A DNA stretch of 64,000 nucleotides from IMG/VR virus record IMGVR_UViG_3300011977_000001; one strand, given 5' to 3'. This DNA comes from a virus. The notes beneath the pieces were generated by a model. It searched no databases. It was not told the DNA's origin and was given only the letters and a program-made list of their open reading frames with translations. Position 1 is the stretch's first letter, and each line of letters begins with the position of its first letter. This document shows, in pieces, positions 33,546-41,325 of this stretch. The translations under genes were made by a program, and so were the position numbers.

Positions 33546-33845
33546 TCAGAGTCCAGCTTTCGGAAGATTTTTTCCAGTGTTCTCATCTTTTCTTCCGTCA
33601 GCATTTCCTGTCTGATTGGAATCAATATGTGCTGATTCTGCATCCGCATCCCTCTCAGTAGTCCGATTATTCCACAGCTGGACCGCTTCACCATGCTTCA
33701 TTGCTTCTGGGCCTCTGGCCCCGCAGCCGCCTCTCGCTATTGCACACTCTACTGCCAGGTAGCTCCCACGGTGTGCAAATTCTAGTGTTTCCTCTTTCCC
33801 GCAAAATGGGCAACGAAGTCCGATTTTCTTGTACATAGCCATCAC
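33546..33845 (-). CDS. Lar-like restriction alleviation zinc-finger protein (C-terminal third doubtful)
   Basis: LRCPFCGKEETLEF...ECA..GGCGARGP......AVQLWNNR matches the Lar family layout; the last ~40 aa overlap the dut-frame ORF. Confidence 0.6.
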   Translation of the reverse strand: MMAMYKKIGLRCPFCGKEETLEFAHRGSYLAVECAIARGGCGARGPEAMKHGEAVQLWNNRTTERDADAESAHIDSNQTGNADGRKDENTGKNLPKAGL

Positions 33846-34084
33846 ACCACCTTCCTGATCGTTGTTATGTAGTGTCTATGCGGTTTCCTTCCGCTTATGA
33901 TCTGAAGCAGCAGATGAATCATCAGACTTGTTCCCAGGAATATAGCTTCTTTCTGAAAAGCTGCTTTCCTGTTGCTTTTTGAGTAGATGATCAGGATCAG
34001 GCTCAGCAGCTCTGCCACGCCGAAAATTATAAAGGACTCTTCATCTATCTCAAGTTGATTTGGTAATCCTCTCTCATTTACCAT
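33842..34084 (-). CDS. small membrane protein
   Basis: Two hydrophobic segments (IIFGVAELLSLILIIY; IFLGTSLMIHLLLQII). Confidence 0.5.
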   Translation of the reverse strand: MVNERGLPNQLEIDEESFIIFGVAELLSLILIIYSKSNRKAAFQKEAIFLGTSLMIHLLLQIISGRKPHRHYITTIRKVV

Positions 34085-34142
34085 GTTTTGCTCACTTTCT
34101 TCTTTAGTGCAGCTAAATTGTAAGATTTCTTTTTCATAATAT

Positions 34143-34184
34143 CACTAAAGTGCCTGTCGAACAATCTCAACAGGCACTTTAGTG
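34143..34184. repeat. perfect 15-bp inverted repeat with 12-nt spacer
   Basis: CACTAAAGTGCCTGT (34143-34157) / ACAGGCACTTTAGTG (34170-34184); a third partial copy CTTTAGTGC near 34100. Confidence 0.8.
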
Positions 34185-34217
34185 CGCTATAAATCCATGA
34201 ATTTATGCGATCTCTAA

Positions 34218-34640
34218 TCATTCCCACTTAGCGTTCTGATATTCCTTGCTCTTGCCGATGATCGCCCGCCTGATGATATTTGCCAGTTGCTCAACGCCCT
34301 TATATGACTCTCTGGTGTCGACATCTCCCTCGCAGCACTGATAGAGGAAGCACTCAACCGTTTTCAGGGTCTGGTAGATATTCAGGTAAGCATCTCCCAG
34401 GTAGCCCTGCTTCGGCATCTTCGGGATGAAATCTTTCTCTCCGTATCTTGCGTCATAAGCATCGATGTTCATCTGATAGAGCTTATTGTAGATTTCCTCT
34501 ACACTCATGCCTATGTATTCAGCGGCCAACGGCCCGTTTGACGGGGCGTATATTCCGAACATTCCCTCGTGACTCAGTGTCTGATTGATTACCTCAGCAA
34601 TTTTCTTGACGCTCTTCGGTTCGACAATCCAGCAGCTCAT
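34218..34640 (-). CDS. hypothetical protein
   Basis: Start moved to MSCWIVEPKS (ATG 34640, GGGAGGAAAAA RBS). Confidence 0.6.
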   Translation of the reverse strand: MSCWIVEPKSVKKIAEVINQTLSHEGMFGIYAPSNGPLAAEYIGMSVEEIYNKLYQMNIDAYDARYGEKDFIPKMPKQGYLGDAYLNIYQTLKTVECFLYQCCEGDVDTRESYKGVEQLANIIRRAIIGKSKEYQNAKWE

Positions 34641-34641
34641 A

Positions 34642-34968
34642 TTATTTTTCCTCCCTGTCATGAATCTGAAGCGGATACTCGGAAAGTTCTCTGAATCTTG
34701 AATCGCAGGAGAAAGCGAGATTTCCTCCCGCCATGAACCAGTGTCCCTCACTCTGATACGGTTCGATGTGAAGATAATCCTTCCCGAAGAGATGTCTCTT
34801 CACGATCTTGACCAGCTGCGGGTCCTTCTCATCAACAATCAGGTTCCCGTCCTCACAAGCCAGATACAGCTCATTGAATCTGGAAGAAACTCCATGATTC
34901 GAGTAATCGTAATACCCAATCGAACTGTCTCTGTAAACATCGATCGAAAGTGCTCTGACGTTTGCCAT
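34642..34968 (-). CDS. hypothetical protein
   Basis: 108-aa ORF, GAGGAGG RBS, first gene after the promoter-like element 35004-35063. Confidence 0.6.
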   Translation of the reverse strand: MANVRALSIDVYRDSSIGYYDYSNHGVSSRFNELYLACEDGNLIVDEKDPQLVKIVKRHLFGKDYLHIEPYQSEGHWFMAGGNLAFSCDSRFRELSEYPLQIHDREEK

Positions 34969-35003
34969 TTCAAATCCTCCTCTTAACCAGGACTCCTCTC
35001 AGC

Positions 35004-35063
35004 TACGTCTATAATATAATATACTTGCATCAGTATATCAATATTGGAATAAAGCACAAAAAT
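35004..35063 (-). promoter_or_regulatory. copy a of the repeated ~60-bp promoter-like element
   Basis: Minus strand ATTTTTGTGCTTTATTCCAATA-TTGATA (35041-35036), 17-nt spacer, TATATT (35018-35013), ATAGACGTA. Confidence 0.55.
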
Positions 35064-35099
35064 ACAATTTTTAAGCCGATAAAAATGTACATATATGCG

Positions 35100-35582
35100 T
35101 CATTTGATTGTAAGACGCACTCCCCGGATTTCGTCTCCGGTCAGGGTTTTGACCTTGCATACCTCGCTGATCTCGCAGCCTCGATCAGTGAAGTCCATCA
35201 GACATTCAAATCCGTTCGGCCCTTTGCCTTCATAGAAGAATTTCTTCATCCCAGCCTGCTTCATTGTGTCCAAAAACTCATCAACCCAGGTCGGACCGAT
35301 ACTGTACAGATAGGGTTCATCGGCTCCTGCCAACCATGACTTAGCTGCCAGCTCTGCCCCTCTGGATACCGGTCTCTTGATCTTCAGCTTTTGTCTGTTC
35401 AACCATGCCAGCTGCGATCTCGCTGCTCTGGTTTGCAGCTTTTGTGCCGATCTATTGTTTGTCGGGATAACATCTCTGATCTCTCTTTCAATTTTCCTGA
35501 TCTTGTTATCGATTTCTGTCAGGTCTGTTCGGTATTTCATAACCGATTTCAGAATATCCTCCATGACTTCGTTATTCTTCAT
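35100..35582 (-). CDS. hypothetical protein
   Basis: 160-aa ORF. Confidence 0.6.
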   Translation of the reverse strand: MKNNEVMEDILKSVMKYRTDLTEIDNKIRKIEREIRDVIPTNNRSAQKLQTRAARSQLAWLNRQKLKIKRPVSRGAELAAKSWLAGADEPYLYSIGPTWVDEFLDTMKQAGMKKFFYEGKGPNGFECLMDFTDRGCEISEVCKVKTLTGDEIRGVRLTIK

Positions 35583-35772
35583 TCAAGTCCACCTCCGTAA
35601 CCTCTTCATGCCCGTTGATGTCCTTTTCAGACACCCATGCAGTCTTCAATTTCTTTCCTGACTTCTTCCAGTCTTTTATCTGGTCTATCGCATCCTCCCA
35701 CGAGAAAAAGCTGTCCTTAGCGGACAGTTTTTCCAGGCTTTCGGTCATTGCTGTTACATGATACAGTTTCAT
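35572..35772 (-). CDS. hypothetical protein
   Basis: Start moved to MKLYHVTAM (ATG 35772, GAGGAGGAAGAA RBS). Confidence 0.55.
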   Translation of the reverse strand: MKLYHVTAMTESLEKLSAKDSFFSWEDAIDQIKDWKKSGKKLKTAWVSEKDINGHEEVTEVDLNEE

Positions 35773-35782
35773 TTCTTCCTCC

Positions 35783-35986
35783 TCAATTCTCAATGATCTC
35801 AAAGCCACGGGTGCTTCTAATATCTTCCAGGAAGTGTACGCAGTCGCCTCCCGGGTATCGGTAGATTCCTGCATACTCATTCCCGCACAGGGGCTGTGCT
35901 CCTACCAGGTAGGCTTCATAACCATCATTTCCTCTGATCCTCAGCGGGTATCCCTGCTTCCTCATCTTCTCGACCACTTTGTTCAT
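35783..35986 (-). CDS. hypothetical protein
   Basis: 67-aa ORF, AGGAGGAAGAAG RBS. Confidence 0.55.
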   Translation of the reverse strand: MNKVVEKMRKQGYPLRIRGNDGYEAYLVGAQPLCGNEYAGIYRYPGGDCVHFLEDIRSTRGFEIIEN

Positions 35987-36005
35987 CTCTTCTTCCTCCT
36001 ATTCA

Positions 36006-36431
36006 TCAGATAGAGAATGCCTTTATCCATGCTCCGTCTTTCCACTCGTACATGCTGGCAAAATCGTTGTCCTCTTTGACTGCCTCGGCGATTTTGAGTG
36101 CATTGTCATATTTCTCAAATGCTTTTCCAACAGCCTTTCCGCTGCTTACTCCCAGGACCATCCATCTCACTTCCTCCGGAGCCGGCAGATACTTCTTGAA
36201 GTACGGCCAAAGGTCCACTTCCACTGTAACCTGCATCTTCCCTACTGGGACTTTGTAGATTTCAATCCATGTCTCATTGAGCTTCCATCCGTAGCCATTC
36301 GACCACACAATGAACTGCTGCATTGCTTCTCTCGGTTCGGTGACTCCACTGGATGTCCAGAGAGTTTTGTCTCTTTTCTCTCCGAACCTCTTCTGAGCCA
36401 TCGGCCAAATCACATAATCACTCAGTTTCAT
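36006..36431 (-). CDS. hypothetical protein
   Basis: 141-aa ORF. Confidence 0.6.
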   Translation of the reverse strand: MKLSDYVIWPMAQKRFGEKRDKTLWTSSGVTEPREAMQQFIVWSNGYGWKLNETWIEIYKVPVGKMQVTVEVDLWPYFKKYLPAPEEVRWMVLGVSSGKAVGKAFEKYDNALKIAEAVKEDNDFASMYEWKDGAWIKAFSI

Positions 36432-36631
36432 AGCAATCCTCCTTTGATCTCATCTGCCTTATTCATCTGCCGGCAACTTCTCAGAGCTTGCCATCGTTTT
36501 CCTATACTTCCAGGAACCGCTTCAGACGGTCTCCCGATCGGATGACAATACCAGATAGAAAAGTCTGCTCGGACCGTCTTCCCGTCCTGATCAACTGCGC
36601 CATTAAGGTGAGAAATCATATAACGGTTCAT
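36428..36631 (-). CDS. hypothetical protein
   Basis: Start moved to MNRYMISHL (ATG 36631, GAGGTGATCAGG upstream). Confidence 0.5.
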   Translation of the reverse strand: MNRYMISHLNGAVDQDGKTVRADFSIWYCHPIGRPSEAVPGSIGKRWQALRSCRQMNKADEIKGGLL

Positions 36632-36636
36632 CCTGA

Positions 36637-36804
36637 TCACCTCGTCCCTACCAGGGTGCCTGCGGCCACCATGTACAGCCAGCGGACCGCATAATCACGG
36701 CCGTTCTTTTCAGCTAGCTCCTCCATTTCTCTCTGAATCTCCGGGTTCTGTGTGAGTGATGCTGCCCTCTCTCCCCAGATTTTGAATGCTTGATCATCCG
36801 TCAT
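36637..36804 (-). CDS. small hypothetical protein (55 aa)
   Basis: Not in ORF track; ATG overlaps upstream stop (TAATG): MTDDQAFKIWGERAASLTQNPEIQREMEELAEKNGRDYAVRWLYMVAAG.. Confidence 0.45.
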   Translation of the reverse strand: MTDDQAFKIWGERAASLTQNPEIQREMEELAEKNGRDYAVRWLYMVAAGTLVGTR

Positions 36805-37427
36805 TATGCATCCTCCCAGTAAGTCCAGCTCTGTACCTTTGAAAGCCCATATCTCTTCAGGTACGTTCCCAGTCGTTTACGGAAGTCATTCCCGGTGGCC
36901 TCATACGCCTTTCTGACGGCCTCGAAATCCTCAGCGGTAATATCTCTGTCCGTCTCATTCGGAATGTCGTAATAGCGGTCAAGGCTGTGCAGGCAGCAAA
37001 TCCGGGAGTTCTTCGGTGAACCAGTGTACTGGACCATCGACTTGATCATCTCGCTGCGCTTCGGATGCGTGAATCTCTTCGCCTCTCTCTCGAATGCGTC
37101 CATGTTCTCTTTGATGAAATATTCCTCAGACTTCTGTGCGTGGTTTGCCATTCCGTTTGCCCGGTCATAATCATCTGTGTCGTATCTGCTGTCGTGATAA
37201 CCGAAGCAGAATTTCGTCTGAATGCTCGGCTTCTCGATCGCAATCATGCGGCCATCATGCAGCTCGACCACTCGATCGATCTTCTTTTCGAAATACTTCC
37301 TCATGCTCTCTCCGAATGACTCAGCGACAACCTCATCGATGTAAGCCTGCTTCAGAACCTTTTCTTCCTTATTCAGCATCCTCTCAATCCTCCTATTAAA
37401 TCCGATCATCAGGTCTCTCGCTTCCAT
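36804..37427 (-). CDS. hypothetical protein
   Basis: 207-aa ORF, protein-like. Confidence 0.6.
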   Translation of the reverse strand: MEARDLMIGFNRRIERMLNKEEKVLKQAYIDEVVAESFGESMRKYFEKKIDRVVELHDGRMIAIEKPSIQTKFCFGYHDSRYDTDDYDRANGMANHAQKSEEYFIKENMDAFEREAKRFTHPKRSEMIKSMVQYTGSPKNSRICCLHSLDRYYDIPNETDRDITAEDFEAVRKAYEATGNDFRKRLGTYLKRYGLSKVQSWTYWEDA

Positions 37428-37525
37428 TTTCCTGTCTTGCTACTCTTCAGCAGGTCTCCTGTCGCTCGGACCAGAAAACCTGCTTACTACTTCGCTTAAA
37501 CCAGTGGAAGCGCCCTCAGGGCCGT

Positions 37526-37825
37526 TCATGCGACCCTGAACTTCTTTGTGGTCCCGACCTTGAAGTATTTCACATAGACATCCGGAAGATCTTTCTTCAG
37601 TGCGGTGGTGTCCAGGTGGTTGCTCGCTACTGTCTGCCAGTAGACGGTGGAATCACCTACCTGCTTCGATTCCTCTCCCTGGATTTCCAGGCTTCCGCTC
37701 ATCTCGGCTTTCAGAGTCTCCTGTCTTGCATTGATCTCTTTCAGCAGAGCCTCATTCTTCTTCCACTCCTTAACCCTCAGGAGCATCTGTCTATCAGTAA
37801 GTTTCTCAGCAGCTTTCTTAGCCAT
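37526..37825 (-). CDS. hypothetical protein
   Basis: 99-aa ORF, GGGAGGTAAAAG RBS, first gene after the promoter-like element 37864-37923. Confidence 0.6.
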   Translation of the reverse strand: MAKKAAEKLTDRQMLLRVKEWKKNEALLKEINARQETLKAEMSGSLEIQGEESKQVGDSTVYWQTVASNHLDTTALKKDLPDVYVKYFKVGTTKKFRVA

Positions 37826-37863
37826 ATCTTTTACCTCCCTTAGAAGTGATCATCTGTCTTCCT

Positions 37864-37923
37864 TACGTCTATATAATTACACGTTTTAACGTGGTATGCA
37901 ATACTGGAATAACGCACAAAAAT
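37864..37923 (-). promoter_or_regulatory. copy b of the repeated ~60-bp promoter-like element
   Basis: Minus strand ATTTTTGTGCGTTATTCCAGTA-TTGCAT (37901-37896), 17-nt spacer, AATTAT (37878-37873), ATAGACGTA. Confidence 0.55.
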
Positions 37924-37971
37924 GAGTTTTCTGTTTTTCGAATATTATGCACGTTTTATAGTGGCGTTTTT

Positions 37972-37980
37972 TGCTATAAT
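37972..37980 (+). promoter_or_regulatory. extended -10 promoter (TGcTATAAT) for the plus-strand HTH gene
   Basis: TGCTATAAT 28 nt upstream of ATG 38008; same nonamer as at 16425 and 19069. Confidence 0.45.
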
Positions 37981-38007
37981 AATCGAAGAAAATTAGGAGG
38001 TACCGCT

Positions 38008-38253
38008 ATGCTCAAAGAGGGAAAAATAAGCTACGAGAGGCTTTTTATTCTTATGAAGAAGAAGGGACTTACTACCACCGAGATCCGGAAGCGCAATATT
38101 GTTTCAGAAGCAACCCTTACTGCCCTCAGGTCAGGCAACCATATAGGGGGAAATGTTTCGACAAATGCGTTAGCATCTTTGTGCGCTGCCCTGGACTGCC
38201 AGCCAAAAGACATCATCGAATATATTCCGAATGAAGAACTAGATGATATGTGA
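38008..38253 (+). CDS. XRE-family HTH regulator (opposite strand to its neighbours)
   Basis: Start moved to ATG 38008 (AGGAGG RBS); KKKGLTTTEIRKRNIVSEATLTALRSG HTH. Confidence 0.7.
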   Translation: MLKEGKISYERLFILMKKKGLTTTEIRKRNIVSEATLTALRSGNHIGGNVSTNALASLCAALDCQPKDIIEYIPNEELDDM

Positions 38254-38291
38254 CTTTCTTGCTATCAGAATAGAATTTCTTTCACGCACAG

Positions 38292-38324
38292 AAAAAGGGC
38301 TGACCACCATGATCAGCCCTTTTC
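38292..38324. terminator. bidirectional rho-independent terminator
   Basis: 9-bp stem AAGGGCTGA/TCAGCCCTT, 9-nt loop, T-runs on both strands; lies between convergent genes. Confidence 0.7.
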
Positions 38325-38422
38325 CTGAATTATAATAGAGTGCTTAGGGAAATAAGAGACTTCGCTACTCGTTTCTTATAATACCTCATGCATCTGGTCT
38401 ATCAAACGGTCCAGGTGCATTT

Positions 38423-39892
38423 TTATACTTTCTGAATGTACTTAGCGTACATAAAGCCGTAGATATTACCATGTATGCAAACGTAGTACCAGTTCTTCCC
38501 AGCTTTTGATTTCACCGTGTCGCATACATCAACCTGATCTCCTTTATTCAGAGAAGGAATGGATTTGAGTTGCGGATTCTCTGTTCCAGCCCAGGTCCGG
38601 ACTGCAACCTCGTCTCCGGTGCACACGCCATGAAACTTTGTTTTCTTGCTTGGAGCTCCTGCTGCCGGCTTAGCTGGTTCTGCTGGAGCTGTCGGTGCGG
38701 GTGTATTCGGCTTTGATGCCGTTTCTGCTACTAAAGACCAGTCAGGTGTACCATAGCCAGTGATAGCGTAGTATGAGCGGTTATAGGACTTCTTGCGTAC
38801 TCCCCCGCCATTCGGGACTACTCCGGATGCTCCGGAAGTGTTTCCCTCGATCGTTGTGATCGTTCCTGCTGCTACTGCAACGACTAGACCGGTATGCTGA
38901 CCATTCCGGAAGATTATCTGATCGCCAACATGTGGTGTCTTCCCCCAACGGCCTTTTGCCTTATAGTTCATCATCGCCTGATAGCAAGAAGCGGTGTATC
39001 CGTTGAGCATCTTCTTGCCCTTTTCAGCTCCAAACTCTTGATAGAAAAGCCAGTTATAGAACGTACAGCACCATGGTTGAGCCTGTGCCCAGGAAAGCGG
39101 CGCTACGTCCCTGGCATACTTCGTATAGTTTGCGGAACCGGCATTTAAGGTCTTGCTGTCCAGGTTCTTATTTGATCTCTTTTCCAGGTATCCGATCTCT
39201 GCGGTAGCCCGCTTTATGATCGCCTGTTTCGCTGATTCCTCAGTGTACATAGATTTACCCACCTTTACTTCTGAAACGGCTGCTGCGGCCGTCTGTGCCG
39301 CTGGTGTTGGCATTCCGATCGCTTCATTCTGATACTTATAGTAGAAATCCCAGGCTGATTTTCTTCGAGCTGCTTTCAGAGCTTCCGGATTCGCCGGGAT
39401 CTCAAATTTGGTCAGGACCGTATCTGTGCATGTATTTACATCGGTGCTTTCTGATACGACATTCCAGACCGATTTGAAAGAAGTTTTCAGTTCGGTGATC
39501 AACCATGCCAGCTGGCATTCCAGGTCTCCGATGCTCTTTCCTTTTTTCTTACACAAATCGTAAAGACCAGCTTTCCTGCTCGGATAAGTTAGCTGAGTCA
39601 GACCGTATCCATATTGCTTGCCGGCCAGTGGGTGAAGAAACGTATTTCCACCATCATTTCCAGCCTCGCTTCCTCTCTTGATCTTTCCGCTGTCAACTTC
39701 TGCCGTATATTGTTCATCGGTATATGAGATACCGTAAGTTTCCTTTATCCGTCTCCTACACAAATCTTCCAGGCGATTCGGTATAAGCCCGCTCTCGTGC
39801 TGCATGTTACCCATGAGGCCAGCAGCACCAGCCTTTGTACATCCTGCTTTTCTAAGGTATTTCCAAATCTGTATGCTGTTATCTTCCATCAT
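38423..39892 (-). CDS. multidomain endolysin (tail-lysozyme-like N-domain, CHAP, SH3)
   Basis: GAAGLMGNMQHESGL N-domain; Cys/His CHAP-like core (QPWCCTFYNW...GQHTGLVV..IEGNTS); C-terminal SH3-like GDEVAVRTWAG...GKNWYYV. Confidence 0.8.
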   Translation of the reverse strand: MMEDNSIQIWKYLRKAGCTKAGAAGLMGNMQHESGLIPNRLEDLCRRRIKETYGISYTDEQYTAEVDSGKIKRGSEAGNDGGNTFLHPLAGKQYGYGLTQLTYPSRKAGLYDLCKKKGKSIGDLECQLAWLITELKTSFKSVWNVVSESTDVNTCTDTVLTKFEIPANPEALKAARRKSAWDFYYKYQNEAIGMPTPAAQTAAAAVSEVKVGKSMYTEESAKQAIIKRATAEIGYLEKRSNKNLDSKTLNAGSANYTKYARDVAPLSWAQAQPWCCTFYNWLFYQEFGAEKGKKMLNGYTASCYQAMMNYKAKGRWGKTPHVGDQIIFRNGQHTGLVVAVAAGTITTIEGNTSGASGVVPNGGGVRKKSYNRSYYAITGYGTPDWSLVAETASKPNTPAPTAPAEPAKPAAGAPSKKTKFHGVCTGDEVAVRTWAGTENPQLKSIPSLNKGDQVDVCDTVKSKAGKNWYYVCIHGNIYGFMYAKYIQKV

Positions 39893-40062
39893 TTTCTCCT
39901 TTCGGTTCGGGCAGCTGCGTGACGGCCCAAATTTTTAGGTTTCATGCACGACACAAGATATTTGTGAAATTATCTAAATATGAATTTTAGCAGTATAGAA
40001 AGAGGGGTTCCTCCTTTCTCAATGTGGTGGGTCATTCACGCAGCTGTCAAAACGTTCATCAG

Positions 40063-40509
40063 TCAGGCTTCACCATCGATCTCTTCATCTGCCGTTTCGG
40101 CCGGCTCTGCTTCTGGCGTTGCCCCTGAATCTGATTCATTTGATACGGTTTTCTCTCCGGTCAGGACTAGCTTTTCTGCTGCCTCGTTTGAGTCCAAAAT
40201 ATCACGCATCTTATCGAGTGCACGGTCAACCATCATACTGAAGTATTCGAATGAGATGAACTTTGCTACTGCTGGAAATTTTGCCACGAACATGTCATAG
40301 ACATATCTCAGTTTCAACTGTCCGGTCTTCTCTCCGAGTTCGCCTTCAGCCTTTGTGACTGCCCACAGCAGCCATTCCTGGACCTTTGCCAACTGATTCT
40401 TTGTCGGAAGCTGAACGAACTGGATGATTGCCCAAATGACGACTCCAATCAGTGCGATTACTGCGATAATCAATGCCCAGTTCTGAATGAAAAAATTGAG
40501 TTTATCCAT
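40063..40509 (-). CDS. holin, LL-H-like
   Basis: Single N-terminal TM (WALIIAVIALIGVVIWAIIQFV) then ..LAKVQEWLLWAVTKAEGELGEKTG.. as in LL-H type holins; adjacent to the endolysin. Confidence 0.6.
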   Translation of the reverse strand: MDKLNFFIQNWALIIAVIALIGVVIWAIIQFVQLPTKNQLAKVQEWLLWAVTKAEGELGEKTGQLKLRYVYDMFVAKFPAVAKFISFEYFSMMVDRALDKMRDILDSNEAAEKLVLTGEKTVSNESDSGATPEAEPAETADEEIDGEA

Positions 40510-40511
40510 TT

Positions 40512-40760
40512 TTATCCCTCCAAACCATCGTCTTCTTCATTTACAATTTCTTCCGGTTCTGCCGGCTTCTTTTCCTGCTTCTTTCCGTGCTTTGTCTTGA
40601 CGTTCTTTATCCAGGCCATGCAACCTCCCTCAATGCCCATAAAAGCAAAGAAGCATGTGATCAACGTTGCAGGTTCTGACCCTTTTATGAAAAATCCGAT
40701 CGTCCACACGACTGTAAACGTAAACACAGTTGAAAGGACCATGATCACTGCTGCGTTCAT
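40512..40760 (-). CDS. two-TM holin-like protein
   Basis: MNAAVIMVLSTVFTFTVVWTIGFF..LITCFFAFMGIEGGCMAWI plus charged C-terminus; start could instead be GTG 40820. Confidence 0.55.
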   Translation of the reverse strand: MNAAVIMVLSTVFTFTVVWTIGFFIKGSEPATLITCFFAFMGIEGGCMAWIKNVKTKHGKKQEKKPAEPEEIVNEEDDGLEG

Positions 40761-40823
40761 AAAGTCGCCAGGTTCTCTCTTCTTTCGCTTTTTCTTTCTG
40801 AAAAGTACCATCCGAATCACCTC

Positions 40824-41270
40824 TTACAGGAGAAAATCATGTGTTGCTAAGCGTTTCTCATAATCTGCTGTGAGAAATGTAACCGTTGATATTGTCTGAT
40901 TATTCTTGAACTCAGGGTGTGACCGGCAGTAGTGGTTGTAAGTTGTTATGTCTGACATGCATTGATCGTATCTGTCCTTACTTGGCTTTTTGTTATTATC
41001 TACCAGCTCATCGCTGAATCTCAGAATCCGTACCCTTGCTGTTACCGCTTCTCGCTCATCTCCTTTGTCTTCCACCCGCTGTATCTTCTGGTCCACTGTG
41101 TCAAATCGCTTATGGACATCATCAAAGCGTTTGTCAATCTGATCAAATCGCTTATTGAACTCAGAATTTTGAGCTTTCTTTGCATCGTGCCTGGAAATCA
41201 GGAACTGGGCAAATCCTAAAACACCCATCCCTCCTCCAAGAAGAATCGATATTACTCCTGTCCAATCCAT
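40824..41270 (-). CDS. N-terminally anchored coiled-coil protein (lysis-cassette associated)
   Basis: TM VISILLGGGMGVLGFAQFLI then KRFDQIDKRFDDVHKRFDTVDQKIQRVE repeats. Confidence 0.55.
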   Translation of the reverse strand: MDWTGVISILLGGGMGVLGFAQFLISRHDAKKAQNSEFNKRFDQIDKRFDDVHKRFDTVDQKIQRVEDKGDEREAVTARVRILRFSDELVDNNKKPSKDRYDQCMSDITTYNHYCRSHPEFKNNQTISTVTFLTADYEKRLATHDFLL

Positions 41271-41325
41271 TTCTCTGTCCTTCTTTTTAATGTATTGTGA
41301 TTCTTCCCAGTTTCATCATGAGTGC

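Noticed and set aside
39912-40046. 11-bp inverted repeat CAGCTGCGTGA / TCACGCAGCTG, 113 nt apart, between the holin and endolysin genes
   Set aside because: Six of the 11 nt are the self-complementary CAGCTG. An 11-mer inverted repeat within ~150 nt is expected about once or twice by chance in 64 kb.
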